This document shows, piece after piece, positions 53,550 through 64,000 of a DNA stretch of 64,000 bases; position 1 is the first letter of the stretch; each line of letters opens with the position of its first letter. Origin of the DNA: Histomonas meleagridis 2922-C6/04-290x (Eukaryota > Protista > Parabasalia); contig JAANOX010000002.1 of NCBI GenBank assembly GCA_020184695.1, positions 1 through 64,000 of the forward strand. Reading direction: 5' to 3'. A program made the translations under genes and the position numbers. Under the pieces are notes generated by a model. It did not search any database and was not told where the DNA came from. It saw only the letters and a program-made list of their open reading frames with translations.

Positions 53550-56500
53550 ATGGAAGAAGAAGATTTTATATCGTTTTCATTGGATGATAGCGAATTATTG
53601 GATGGACTCGAATTAAGAGAACCTGCGCACTATAAAGTTTCTGATTTATCAAATATAATTAATAATTACCATGATGAAATCCCAGATTTATTAAAGATCG
53701 CTGGGTCTGATGAATTATTGATGTCAATCGCAAACACAGTTAATAAAATGTTAAATGTTAATGGTGGTGTTACTTTAAATTCAGAATCTTGTCAAAATCT
53801 TTTAAGGGCAATAAGTATCTTTGTATATCAAAAAATTAAGAAAATAGAAATACCTCAACAAGCTAAATCCATGGAATTTATGTCATTTGATAACAATGAT
53901 AATAGTGATTTTGCAAGTCTTAAAGCACAAATTTCAGAACTTAAAACAATGAACGAAAGTGTCCTTAATGAAAAAACTTCATTAATTGAAAAAACAAATC
54001 AAATTAGAAGAGATAAAGAAAAAAGCATCCAAGAACTAAAAACTGAATGTGATGATAAGCAACATAAGCTTCAAGTTCTTAAGAGTGATTTTATGGCAAG
54101 TGAACGTAAATGCCAAAAACTTAAAGAACAACTATCAATTTTAACTGAAGATAATACAATTATTAACAATGAATTATCTTCTCTTAAATCTAAGATCTCT
54201 GCCAAAAATAAAAGGATAAGTGAGCTTAAATCACAATTGCATAAATTAGAAATCAAAAGCAAACAACAAGAAGCTGAAAACCAAAAATTAACTGTTAATT
54301 TGAATGATTTACAAACGCAAAGTATTGAATTTGAAAAGTCACAATTCAATAAACCACAAATCCAATTAATACAAGAAGAAAATAACAAATTACGGAATTC
54401 TTTTGCAACATTATTTGAAAACTATCAATCACAATGTAATGAAATACAACAACTTTATGAAATTAAAAACAAATCATCTATTATTTTAGATAAACAATTA
54501 AAATTCATCACTCAAGACAATAAAGAAAAAGTTGTTGAAACATCATTAAAAGAAGATTTAGAACTTATTGATTCATTAAAATCCAGAATTAATGAATATG
54601 AAACTGAACTTAAAAAGTATAATAAAATAAAAGAAATAATTATTAAACGATTTGGAAATAATTGTAATATAATCGAATCAATTAATTTCCTTATTAAAAA
54701 TGAAAAAATTGAAGAAGATGAAATACAAGTTCAAAGATTACTTATTTTGGTTGAAAATTTACTTCGATTTTTGACTAAACTTGTAAATAGTGGTGATTTA
54801 GAATTAAAATTATTATCATATCAATCAATGCAATATTCAATAGTAAAAGATGAAACATTTAAAAATCAAATGTTAATATTAATTGCACAATGTAGACAAT
54901 TCTTGTCAGAGCATAAGTTAATATTAAATGAAGATACAAATTTAGAAGAAACGTTTGAAAATTTATATTCAAATGAATCACGTGAAATTATAGATGTGTT
55001 TTCATCTCAAATATTAACATGTTCAATATATAAAAAATTATATGAACAAACAAATACAAATTATAGAGAACAATTATCAAAACTTTCGCAATTATCTGAT
55101 TTTATGAATTATGATAATAACAAAATTTCTTTAACTAATTTTATTATTGATAAAATAAACGAAATTCAAAAATTAACAAATGATTTAACTCAAATTACAA
55201 ATGATGAAAATTATAATATTGATACTTTTATTAAATATTTTTCAATGTTTATTGAGCTATGTAAAGATTTAAATGATAAAGTCAGAAAAGTAATAAATTT
55301 TGATGGAGATATCATTGATATTCCAATTGCTATTTGTAATTATATTAACGAAATTAAATATGAAAATGAAAACAATAAATCAAAGCTAATCGAAAAAATA
55401 GAGAAAAAATTCAACGAATTAAAAACAGATTTTGAAGAAGAAGCAAAGAAATCAGAAAATTTCATCATATCATTAAAACAAAAATTGAAATCTAAAAATA
55501 ATGAAAATAATAAAATAAATAATGAAAATGAAAAACTTAAACATGAAATAAATGAATTGAATATCGAAAATAATAAAAATAAACAAAAATTTGAAACATA
55601 TAAAGATAAAATTCAAAACATCGAAATCCAATTACAAGAACTTAAAGATGAAAATGAACAATTAAAAATAAATAACAAAAAACTCAACAAAACAAATAAT
55701 AATAGATCAAAAGAATTCGAAAAAAGATTAAACATCATCGTTACAAAAGAACGTGATCAATATCAACATGATTTAAATCTTGTAAACCAAAAAAATCAAA
55801 AAAATGAACAAAAACTTCGTGAACAACTTAACTCTAAAAGCGAAAAGCTTTTACAAATTAAAGCTAAATTTAAAGAAGTTCTTATCACATATGAAAATGC
55901 TTTTAAGAAGCAAAAAGAAACAACTTCTTACATTAAAAATCAAAATGAAAAACTTCTTGAAAAATTGAAACAAAGAGATTCAACAAGTCAAATAAATTCA
56001 CAAATAGAACAATTAAATAATGAAATTAAATCACTTCAAGTTGAGAAACAATTAAATTTACTGAAGATGAAGCAAAATGAAGATAATATAACCAAAAGTA
56101 TTTCTGCTCGTGATAGTTATTGGAAAAATGAAATATCAATTCGTGAATCTGATTTAACTAAATCATATGAAGATAAAATTAAAGATATTAAAAATAATCA
56201 TTTTGTATTTGTTAAAAAATTAGCAGAAATACTTAATCAAAATGGAACAAAAACTGATTATTCACTTCAGGAAGAAGAAAACATAATTAAAACAATTGAA
56301 AAAAAGTTGGCAGAAAAAACCGCTACAAAAAGTTCACAAAATTATGTTGAAAACAGTAACATTGAAAAACAAAAGAAATTATATGATGCATTACAAGAAT
56401 GGAATCGATGGGGAAGAGATTTATTTATTAATGTGACCGATGGAGAAATTCCTTCTCAATCAAGTAAAGATCTTAGATTTGTTCTTGGTGAAATGATTCT

Positions 56501-56741
56501 TTCATCTATTTCACATAGGAAATTAAATTATAGATTGGAAAGTTTAAGATTTCAAAAGAAATCATTGCTGAATGGATGCATGTATGTAAAGAAAAAGGAA
56601 ACAATTTCTTTCCGTTCATTGATTATATTGTCAATTGGAGCAACAAGAATAATGAAAAAAGGAGGATTCTATCCTTCCAGTTACGCTAAAGAAGAAGATT
56701 ATAATCAGAACCCAAAATTTTATTTACGTAGTAATTCTTAA
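53550..56741 (+). CDS. Large coiled-coil protein, uncharacterised
   Basis: 1063-aa K/E/N-rich heptad ORF with a conserved-looking C-terminal EWNRWGRDLF...DLRFVLGEMI segment. Confidence 0.75.
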   Translation: MEEEDFISFSLDDSELLDGLELREPAHYKVSDLSNIINNYHDEIPDLLKIAGSDELLMSIANTVNKMLNVNGGVTLNSESCQNLLRAISIFVYQKIKKIEIPQQAKSMEFMSFDNNDNSDFASLKAQISELKTMNESVLNEKTSLIEKTNQIRRDKEKSIQELKTECDDKQHKLQVLKSDFMASERKCQKLKEQLSILTEDNTIINNELSSLKSKISAKNKRISELKSQLHKLEIKSKQQEAENQKLTVNLNDLQTQSIEFEKSQFNKPQIQLIQEENNKLRNSFATLFENYQSQCNEIQQLYEIKNKSSIILDKQLKFITQDNKEKVVETSLKEDLELIDSLKSRINEYETELKKYNKIKEIIIKRFGNNCNIIESINFLIKNEKIEEDEIQVQRLLILVENLLRFLTKLVNSGDLELKLLSYQSMQYSIVKDETFKNQMLILIAQCRQFLSEHKLILNEDTNLEETFENLYSNESREIIDVFSSQILTCSIYKKLYEQTNTNYREQLSKLSQLSDFMNYDNNKISLTNFIIDKINEIQKLTNDLTQITNDENYNIDTFIKYFSMFIELCKDLNDKVRKVINFDGDIIDIPIAICNYINEIKYENENNKSKLIEKIEKKFNELKTDFEEEAKKSENFIISLKQKLKSKNNENNKINNENEKLKHEINELNIENNKNKQKFETYKDKIQNIEIQLQELKDENEQLKINNKKLNKTNNNRSKEFEKRLNIIVTKERDQYQHDLNLVNQKNQKNEQKLREQLNSKSEKLLQIKAKFKEVLITYENAFKKQKETTSYIKNQNEKLLEKLKQRDSTSQINSQIEQLNNEIKSLQVEKQLNLLKMKQNEDNITKSISARDSYWKNEISIRESDLTKSYEDKIKDIKNNHFVFVKKLAEILNQNGTKTDYSLQEEENIIKTIEKKLAEKTATKSSQNYVENSNIEKQKKLYDALQEWNRWGRDLFINVTDGEIPSQSSKDLRFVLGEMILSSISHRKLNYRLESLRFQKKSLLNGCMYVKKKETISFRSLIILSIGATRIMKKGGFYPSSYAKEEDYNQNPKFYLRSNS

Positions 56742-56885
56742 ATATATTTGTTAAATAAAGATTTGTAATTAACTTTTTAAAAAAAAAGTGGTAATTAATT
56801 ACCTTTGAAATTTTTGAGTAAAGCATTGAATTAATTATGAAGTTTATACGCAAAAAAATCGTTTTTGCTTGCTCACTTTATAAAT

Positions 56886-59063
56886 ATGAGTCAAAATGAA
56901 AAATCAAATATTAATCAAGGCCTAAATGAATGGGAAACACTCAAGCGAATTCAAAAAACAATATATGGTTTGGAAAAGGAAAATATTCCACATGCAGCTC
57001 AATCAATTGTGAATTTATTTTCTCATGACTTCCCAAAATCTTTTGATCTTATCATTTCTCAAATGATTTTTTCTTCGTTTTCTATATATAAAAAAGATAT
57101 AAATATTTATACAAGTTTCATTCAAGAAGTTGAAAAAAACAACAAAACTAATTTCAAGCTATTTAATTCCTTCGCAGATTTTCTTCTTCATAAAAAATCA
57201 CAAGAATCAGATTTTATCATTGAGAATTTAATTGAACAAAATTTTCTAGATCCAAAAATTGTAATGGAAAGAAAAAATCCTTACTTTATTCATTACATGC
57301 TCGAAAAAGACGTTGAAAATTTAGGATATGTTGAATTCAAAGAACAAATCACTGAAAATTATGATAAGCTCAAGGAAAATGATTGGGAGCTACATAAGGA
57401 ATTAATTAAAGAAGGAGTTAATCCAAATAAAATTGCAAAGATAATTCTAAATGATGAAATCGAAAAACTTCAGGAAATATCATCAGAAGAAGATTATAAT
57501 TTTAATCAAACAATTCCACCATCACTTTATGAAAGATGTTCATTTATTAATCAATACAATGTTACGTTAATTGATTATGCTGCTTTTTTTGGATCAGTAA
57601 AATGTTTTAAATATTTACTTATGAATGGTGCAAATGTAGAAAACACAGGTAAATATGCTGTTGCAAGTGGAAATGAAGAAATCATTCATTTATGTGAACA
57701 AAATCATTCAACATTTGAAAATGTATATGAAACTGCAATAATGTTTCATCAAAATGATATCTTTAAATATATTTTTGAAAAGAAATTAGAAAATATTAGC
57801 AATTTAGAAGAATTAGGAAAGAAATGTGTTTGTTATCATAATTATGAAGTTTTTTCGTTTTTGATCAATGAAGGAATGAGAATAAATGAAAATATTATCA
57901 ATGAATCAGCCAAAATTGGAAATATTTTTCTTGTTAAGTATTTTCTTCAAAATAATCACATACCAAAGAATATCTTGGTATATTCATCAGAATCAGGAAA
58001 TATTGAACTTGTTCAATATATTCTAGGGCAAAAAGGAATTGATATTAATAGTAAAGATATTAATTTATAATATTTAATATTTATTTTAATAATTTGAAAT
58101 TGCAAAATAATGCTTGGAAATTATTTAAATAATTTAAAACAGCACTAATGAAAGCATCTGAAAAAGGTTACATTGATGTTGTTAAAATACTTCTTGAACA
58201 AAAAGGAATTGATGTTAATGCTAAAGATATTTTTATTTAAAATTTGAAATTCTTTCTAATGTTTCGATGTTTTAAAAATAAAATTGATAATTATTTCAAT
58301 GTTTTCAAACTGCATTAATGTATGCATCTATTAATAATCAAACTGAAATTGTTAAGTTACTTCTTGAGCAAAAAGATATTGATATTAATTCTGAAGATGT
58401 TTATTTATTTTATTTATTGTTAATTTAGAAAAAATAATGTCGCATAATTATATTAGGAAACTATTTTACTAATTTAAGACATCATTTATTATTGCATGTG
58501 AAAAAAGCTGCATTGAAATCGTAAAATTACTTGTTAAACAAAAAGAAATAAATATAAACGCTAATGAATTTTTATATTATTTATTGTTTACCACAATAAT
58601 TTAATATTCATTAAGAATTTTCGGAAATTTCTTTAATTATATTGGATACCTCTTATTTGTGCTATAGTTGAAGGAAATATAGAAATAGTCAAATTTCTTC
58701 TAGAGCAAGATGGAATTGATATCAATATTAAAAATGTATTTTTGCTTTGCATAATATTTATATCAAAAACCTGATATTATACATTATTATTTGGAAAATA
58801 TTTGGAATATTTGAAACACCTCTTATATGTGCAACAACAAATTGTCATGTAGAAATGATGAAATTACTTTTAGATAAAGAAGGAAATGATATTAATGCTA
58901 AAGATATTTAATTTATTTGTTTAATATATATTATGACTTTTTCATGTTTAAAAATAACAATTGGAAATTATTTAAAATATTTTACACAGCTTTTATGTGG
59001 GCGTCTGAATTAGGTTTTACAGAATCAATTAAATTACTTTCTACATATTTAGAAAAAAAGTAA
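56886..59063 (+). CDS. DUF3447-type ankyrin-repeat gene C; 24 17-nt spacers; 589 aa after removal
   Basis: 2178 nt minus 24x17 = 1770 nt, an open frame to TAA at 59061-59063 with no other correction. Decoded loops: KDNEGKTAL, KDEDDQTAL, EDINGKTSF, ANINGWIPL, KNNDGETPL, KDNHGYTAF. Confidence 0.8.
58059..58985 (+). other. Spacer/single-codon junction array, locus C
   Basis: TAL-position codons at 58139, 58309, 58479, 58646, 58816 and 58986 (periods 170, 170, 167, 170, 170). Confidence 0.9.
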
Positions 59064-59377
59064 TATACCTTCTTCATATATATTAGCTGCAAAAAACTTC
59101 ATTGTTTCAATAAAAATCTAGAAATAATAAAAATTTCAAATATATGTGAATATTATTTTCAATTGTATGTTAATGATTCCTAATTTTAATGAAAGAATTT
59201 ATTATCAAATGAAAATAATTTAGAAAGAAATAGTAAAAATCGCTTTCAATATGTGAATAACAAAGAATATAAACAAATATATAGTTTCAATACTATTTGT
59301 TTGATTTTTTTAAATTCTTTTTTTCATGATTTAACATAAACACACATTTTTATTTACAAAAAGTTAATCAATTCTTT

Positions 59378-60127
59378 TCACTCCTTGGATGGGTATTGTT
59401 TTTTCATTTCCTTAAATCTTTGTTTCGAATATGCAATGAGCCCGCGAAGAGTTTCTGGCTTCAAGCAATCGATCTGTATTTCTGGATCAGCGCCTTTAAA
59501 TTTGAGATCAGGCTGCATATCCATGATGATACTTACCATCTTGTGTACGTCCGACATTTCATTAAGCTCCGCAATGGACAAAAGAAAGTTGGAGACATCA
59601 ACATCGCTTATTTCTTGTGACACGTAAATAGGAATTTTATTTTCGCTTGTTAATCCAGGAACATTAGGAATACCTTTGTTCCAAAGATTCGCAATTGCTA
59701 CATCTGCTGTAAGTGATTCTGGTATTTTACTTATCTGAAATTGAAGTTTATGATGTAGAACACCAAAGTATCGAGACCAACGCACTATACTGTAACTCAC
59801 AAACTTTTCAAACTCTTTCTCAAACATGATAATTATTTGTTTGGCTATTTGCGATTCTATTGAAGATATACCAAAATATGTTTTGGCTTCAGTTTCAAGA
59901 GAACGGACTTCACGCGTCCATTCAGCAATAGTTTTGTACGTATTTTTTTTGAGTTTTTTGTTTATTCTTTCAATATCAAGTTGACTCGGGATCTGTGGAT
60001 TATGTTTTCGATTAAAAAAATTTGAAATTGGATGTTGCATTATTTTGCCCATAATGTTTATAGCTTCTGCTTGGAATTTTTTATTCATTGCATTTGTTTT
60101 TTTCATTATGCAAAATGGAACCTTCAC
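59378..60127 (-). CDS. Bromodomain protein with C-terminal ET-like segment
   Basis: IMQHPISNFF, LDIERINKKLKKNTYKTIAEW..EV; C-terminal EIQIDCLKPETLRGLIAY. Confidence 0.75.
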   Translation of the reverse strand: MKVPFCIMKKTNAMNKKFQAEAINIMGKIMQHPISNFFNRKHNPQIPSQLDIERINKKLKKNTYKTIAEWTREVRSLETEAKTYFGISSIESQIAKQIIIMFEKEFEKFVSYSIVRWSRYFGVLHHKLQFQISKIPESLTADVAIANLWNKGIPNVPGLTSENKIPIYVSQEISDVDVSNFLLSIAELNEMSDVHKMVSIIMDMQPDLKFKGADPEIQIDCLKPETLRGLIAYSKQRFKEMKKQYPSKE

Positions 60128-60490
60128 ATAAACAGTTCATTACAACTTTTTGAACACATTCAAACGATCAATTGAAAAAAGTGAAGTGTTCAGGAACGTA
60201 AAAATAACCGTTTCCCCAATGATCATATGGATTGATAACTATAGAGAAATAAAAAAAAATGTGAGCATTATAAAAAAATCCAGCAACATAGCTCGATATT
60301 ATTTACCTGAAATAAGATAAAATAACAATATGGTGGAAGGGATATTTTCATTATAATGAATAAGGAATTTTGAATAACGCATTGAAAATATTTTGAATAG
60401 TTTTGTCAAAGACATTGAATTTTTTTGATCGATACACATTCAATTCCATCAAACATTTTTATTCAACAAATTCTGAAGTAAATACTTTCA

Positions 60491-61582
60491 TCACTTGTAA
60501 ATATCGCATAATTTTGGCTTAGAAAATTCCCAATGCAGTGCCACATAGTTTGGTAAGTTTTTCAACATTTCTTCTGCGCTTTCCAAAAATGCCTGTTTCT
60601 CCATAGACTTTCCGATTGCCGACCAAACAACCAAAGAGTTCATTCTCACAACCTCTCGCGAACACGTTCCGCCTTGGCCCAATATTGGGTGTGTATAGAC
60701 CAATCCAAAATTACATGTCTTCAATTCAGAAAAACGCTTTTTTTTGAGAAAATTGAAGTGTTCACTGTTCCAAAATGGCTGCCCGACAAACAAGGGATTG
60801 TTATATTGCTTAATTGGCATTCCAATTTGATCTGATGCATGTGAAAATGCTTCATCGGCCTCAATATCTATGTCAATGGATACCTCCCAAGTGTTAATTG
60901 TCTGTTTAGAAAGAATTTCTTTGACAAATTTTCGTGAAACTATAACACCTGAGTTTAACGACATCTCTTGGAAATAAGACCGTTTCTCAAAGCACCCGCC
61001 AGTGAGATATGAGTTCTCATAAGGTGAGGGATTAGATTTTGAGAAATTATTGAAAAATATGGCAAAATGTGGAATGTTTAAATAAGCAGCATCATTAATT
61101 ATAAAAATCCAGCCACTTTTAGATCTTTTAAGATACTGCTGTAAGGATTGATGGAGAAGGTAAGGGGAATTGTTTGCACGTTCATTTGTGGGTGGATCAA
61201 CAGTTAATGTTGATAAATTGCATTCTTCATTTTTGTATCCATTTAGAGAGTACATTTCGATGCTATCTACAAAATCAAGTTCAGAAACTTTATCAACCCA
61301 TTGTTTTTTCATTATACACTGATATGAATTTGGTTTAAATTCTGTATCTAAAATCATAATATACAGTTGATCTTCGTTATTTATTTTTGACTTTGATTCC
61401 GGTTTTGGTGGATTCTTTTTATTAGGTCTGTATTGAACATTTGGCATTTTAAAAACTTTGGATTGAATAAGATATCTACTTGAGACAAGGTCTTGTTTTG
61501 GATTTAATGCTCGAAAAGCTGAGAAAACAAATAGAATTATAGTAACAAAGGTAGCAACCAGACCGCATAAAGAAGAATTCAT
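60491..61582 (-). CDS. Type II membrane glycosyltransferase-like protein
   Basis: N-terminal TM helix, WIFIINDAAYLNI and SGVIVSRKFV segments, similar in layout to 32769-33803. Confidence 0.5.
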   Translation of the reverse strand: MNSSLCGLVATFVTIILFVFSAFRALNPKQDLVSSRYLIQSKVFKMPNVQYRPNKKNPPKPESKSKINNEDQLYIMILDTEFKPNSYQCIMKKQWVDKVSELDFVDSIEMYSLNGYKNEECNLSTLTVDPPTNERANNSPYLLHQSLQQYLKRSKSGWIFIINDAAYLNIPHFAIFFNNFSKSNPSPYENSYLTGGCFEKRSYFQEMSLNSGVIVSRKFVKEILSKQTINTWEVSIDIDIEADEAFSHASDQIGMPIKQYNNPLFVGQPFWNSEHFNFLKKKRFSELKTCNFGLVYTHPILGQGGTCSREVVRMNSLVVWSAIGKSMEKQAFLESAEEMLKNLPNYVALHWEFSKPKLCDIYK

Positions 61583-62579
61583 ATTTTAAACGGCCGAACA
61601 CATAAACTTAATTCAAAAAAAAAACAACTTTTTGAAAGTTTTAACATTGAATGTAAGGGGTATGACATAATGTCTATAAAATTGTATTGATTAAAACAAA
61701 AAAAAATGTATTCAAAAAAATGTATCGCGATACTATGGGTAAAATACTAAAAAGCCCGTAAAACTCTTTTAAGGGTTTTTCTATGAAAAACTGGAGTAAA
61801 TTTCACAAAAAGTAATAAAAAGCATGCATCGTCATAATGGATATATTGTATATATTTTTTATGAGTCTATCCGATTTTCACAAGATCTTGTGAGAATAAG
61901 ATCACAGATCCTAAAGCTTTCTTCTGTTCTTATATCAGATGGGAAATTGTTTAATAAAAAAATCTTATCATGATAAAGTTGTAAAAATTAAGAAGAAATA
62001 GAGAAACCTGCTTTTTAGTGAGCTCCGCTATCGGTAACCCAACGGACCCATCTAGGGTTTTACTAGGGAACAAAAAAGATCAATTTATACAATTACTATT
62101 GAGCATTTTATTAATTGCATACAATCAATTAATTATTTTTATTCTAAAAAATCAAAAATATTGTGTTTTTATTTATTTTTGTTTTTATTTCGAAAATGCA
62201 CAAAAATACAAAATACAAAATACAAAAACTGCATGCGATTTTCAAAATAAATTTGTGATTACACATTTAGTGCATTTGCGATTAAAAATCAATTTCAAAC
62301 TTCGCACTACTCCACATTTTTCAAAAAGTGGTATCGGTAGGTGATATCTGATGTTTACTCTTGTTACTTTTTTTTAGTAAAATCCATTAGTTTAAGTCAA
62401 ACAAAACAAGAGTTTGATCTAGACATTAAATATTTTCCCGCATTAACCTCTTCTTTTAGTTTAATTTCTGTTTTTCATAAATATTTTCACTTGTTCTGTA
62501 TTTTGTTTTTGATATATTTGAAAATAAAAAAATATAATAATTTGCAAATAAATAAATATAAAAAACAGCAAATTCTAAA

Positions 62580-64000
62580 TTTATTTTTTATAGTTTTTAT
62601 AATTAATAGTATTGAATCCTTTAATGAAGATAATCATACATTAATAATAAATGAATATTCTGATTTTAATGATGCCAGAAAAAGTGAAGCAGAACATGTT
62701 TTAATATATTGTGATAACACAGGAATTCCAGATAGGCATTTTCAGGGTTGAACTTACTTCAAACAGTTTATGTTGGAAATTACATATATAATATTAGCAA
62801 TTATGCATTTAGTCAATGTTCTAATTTAACAACAGTTTATATCGGTGAAAGTGTTGAAATAATTGGAGAATATGCATTTTCATCATGCACGAGCTTAAAC
62901 AATATTGTAATACCAAACTCAGTTACAACAATTTTATCAAATGCATTTTCATCATGCACGAGCTTAAACAATATTGTAATACCAAATTCAGTCACAACAA
63001 TTGGATCATATGCATTTTCATCATGCACGAGCTTAAACAATATTGTAATACCAAATTCAGTCACAACAATTGGACCATATGCATTTTCATCATGCACTAA
63101 TTTGGATAATATTACATTAAGTGAAAATATTACTTCTATTGATTCTTTTGTATTTAATGAATGTAGCAAATTAAATAATATTATTATACCAAAAAAAGTT
63201 ACAGAAATTAGAAATTCAGTATTTTCCGGGTGTTCTAATTTAAATAATGTTATAATTCCGAATTCAGTCACAACAATTGGACGATATGCATTTTATGCAT
63301 GTATTTCATTAAATAATATCATAATTAGTGAAAACATTACATTTATTAGTGAAGGTGCCTTTAATTCATGTACTAACTTAACTAATTTTACCATTCCGAA
63401 TTCAGTTACATCAATTGAACAATATGCATTTTCATCATGTACATCACTTTACATAATTACTATTGGCGAAAATGTTAAAGATATTAAAGAAACTGCATTT
63501 GAATCGTGCACAAATCTTCACTGTATTTTCTTTGAAGGTGATACAGAACCAACAATTAGCGAAACAGCATTTACGGGTGTACCAGCACGATCTGTTATGG
63601 TAACAGCATCATACACCGGTTCTACATTTGCTACATTTGATGTTATACAAGAAACAATATCAATATGTCTTCCAACAACAGAAACTTTCACTAAATCGAA
63701 TACATTCACTAAGTCAAACACATACACTAAATCAAACACATACACTAACTCTAATACATACACTAACTCTAATACATACACTAACTCTAATACATACACT
63801 AAATCGAATACATTCACTAAATCAAATACATTTGCGCAGTCACTTCGATATGGTGCAAACTTTTCGCTCACTGTTTCATATACGGAGTTCATATCGTATA
63901 CGCAAACGATTTCCGTATCAAATTCTTATCTTCTCACTCGTTCTCTTACATTGTATGGCACCACGCAGACATATGTTATTACCGAAAACATTTATTACGA
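62580..64000 (+). CDS. BspA-like (TpLRR) surface protein, frameshifted at about 62750, runs off the window end
   Basis: Frame from 62751 reads repeated YAFSSCTSLNNIVIPNSVTTIG units, then FFEGDTEP and S/T-rich stalk repeats. The upstream part is in another frame and has no clear ATG. Confidence 0.8.
62871..63146 (+). repeat. 69-nt near-identical LRR tandem repeats (23 aa), 4 units
   Basis: (t/a)atgcattttcatcatgcac starts at 62871, 62940, 63009 and 63078. Confidence 0.9.
63687..63830 (+). repeat. 18-nt coding minisatellite, 8 units of (F/Y)T(K/N)SNT
   Basis: t(t/a)cactaa(a/c/g)tcNaa(t/c)aca repeated 8 times. Confidence 0.9.

Noticed and set aside
58059-58985. Translated hydrophobic insert plus a single -1 programmed frameshift per repeat
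   Set aside because: Possible in locus A where both frames are open, but in locus C the incoming and outgoing frames contain stops inside the junctions.
61878-61893. Perfect 16-bp palindrome TCACAAGATCTTGTGA
   Set aside because: A few palindromes of this length are expected by chance in 64 kb of AT-rich DNA; no associated repeat or element.

Overview
AT-rich, gene-dense eukaryotic DNA. It is most likely from a parabasalid (Tritrichomonas/Trichomonas-like), based on essentially intronless genes, TCAYT initiator elements just upstream of ATGs, DUF3447-type ankyrin genes and a BspA leucine-rich-repeat gene. Housekeeping genes include MCM5, a PRMT1-like methyltransferase, DOCK, CENP-J-like, NOL9/Grc3-like, ACSL, THP3/LENG8-like, SPAG16/PF20, RhoGAP and a bromodomain protein. 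There is also one tRNA-Lys(CTT) and a decayed Tc1/mariner transposase. The main discovery is in three ankyrin-repeat genes (19.6-21.5 kb +, 46.9-49.9 kb -, 56.9-59.1 kb +), which look truncated to an ORF finder. Each inter-repeat loop is written as single codons separated by fixed 17-nt AT-rich spacers: [..K D] 17nt [x] 17nt [x] 17nt [G] 17nt [x] [T A L..]. Deleting exactly these 17-mers gives open frames with textbook ankyrin loops (KDEYGYTAL, KNEDGQTAL, KDNEGKTAL, KNNDGETPL, KDNHGYTAF, KDKDGWTAL). About 68 such spacers fit by hand. They lack GT-AG ends and the trichomonad branch-point motif, keep their length while their sequence diverges, and vary in number only in whole 17-nt quanta. This suggests an undescribed processing system: non-canonical micro-introns, ribosomal bypassing or DNA-level excision. 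The mechanism cannot be determined from DNA alone. Several other genes carry single-base frame breaks, mostly in homopolymers, which look like assembly errors.
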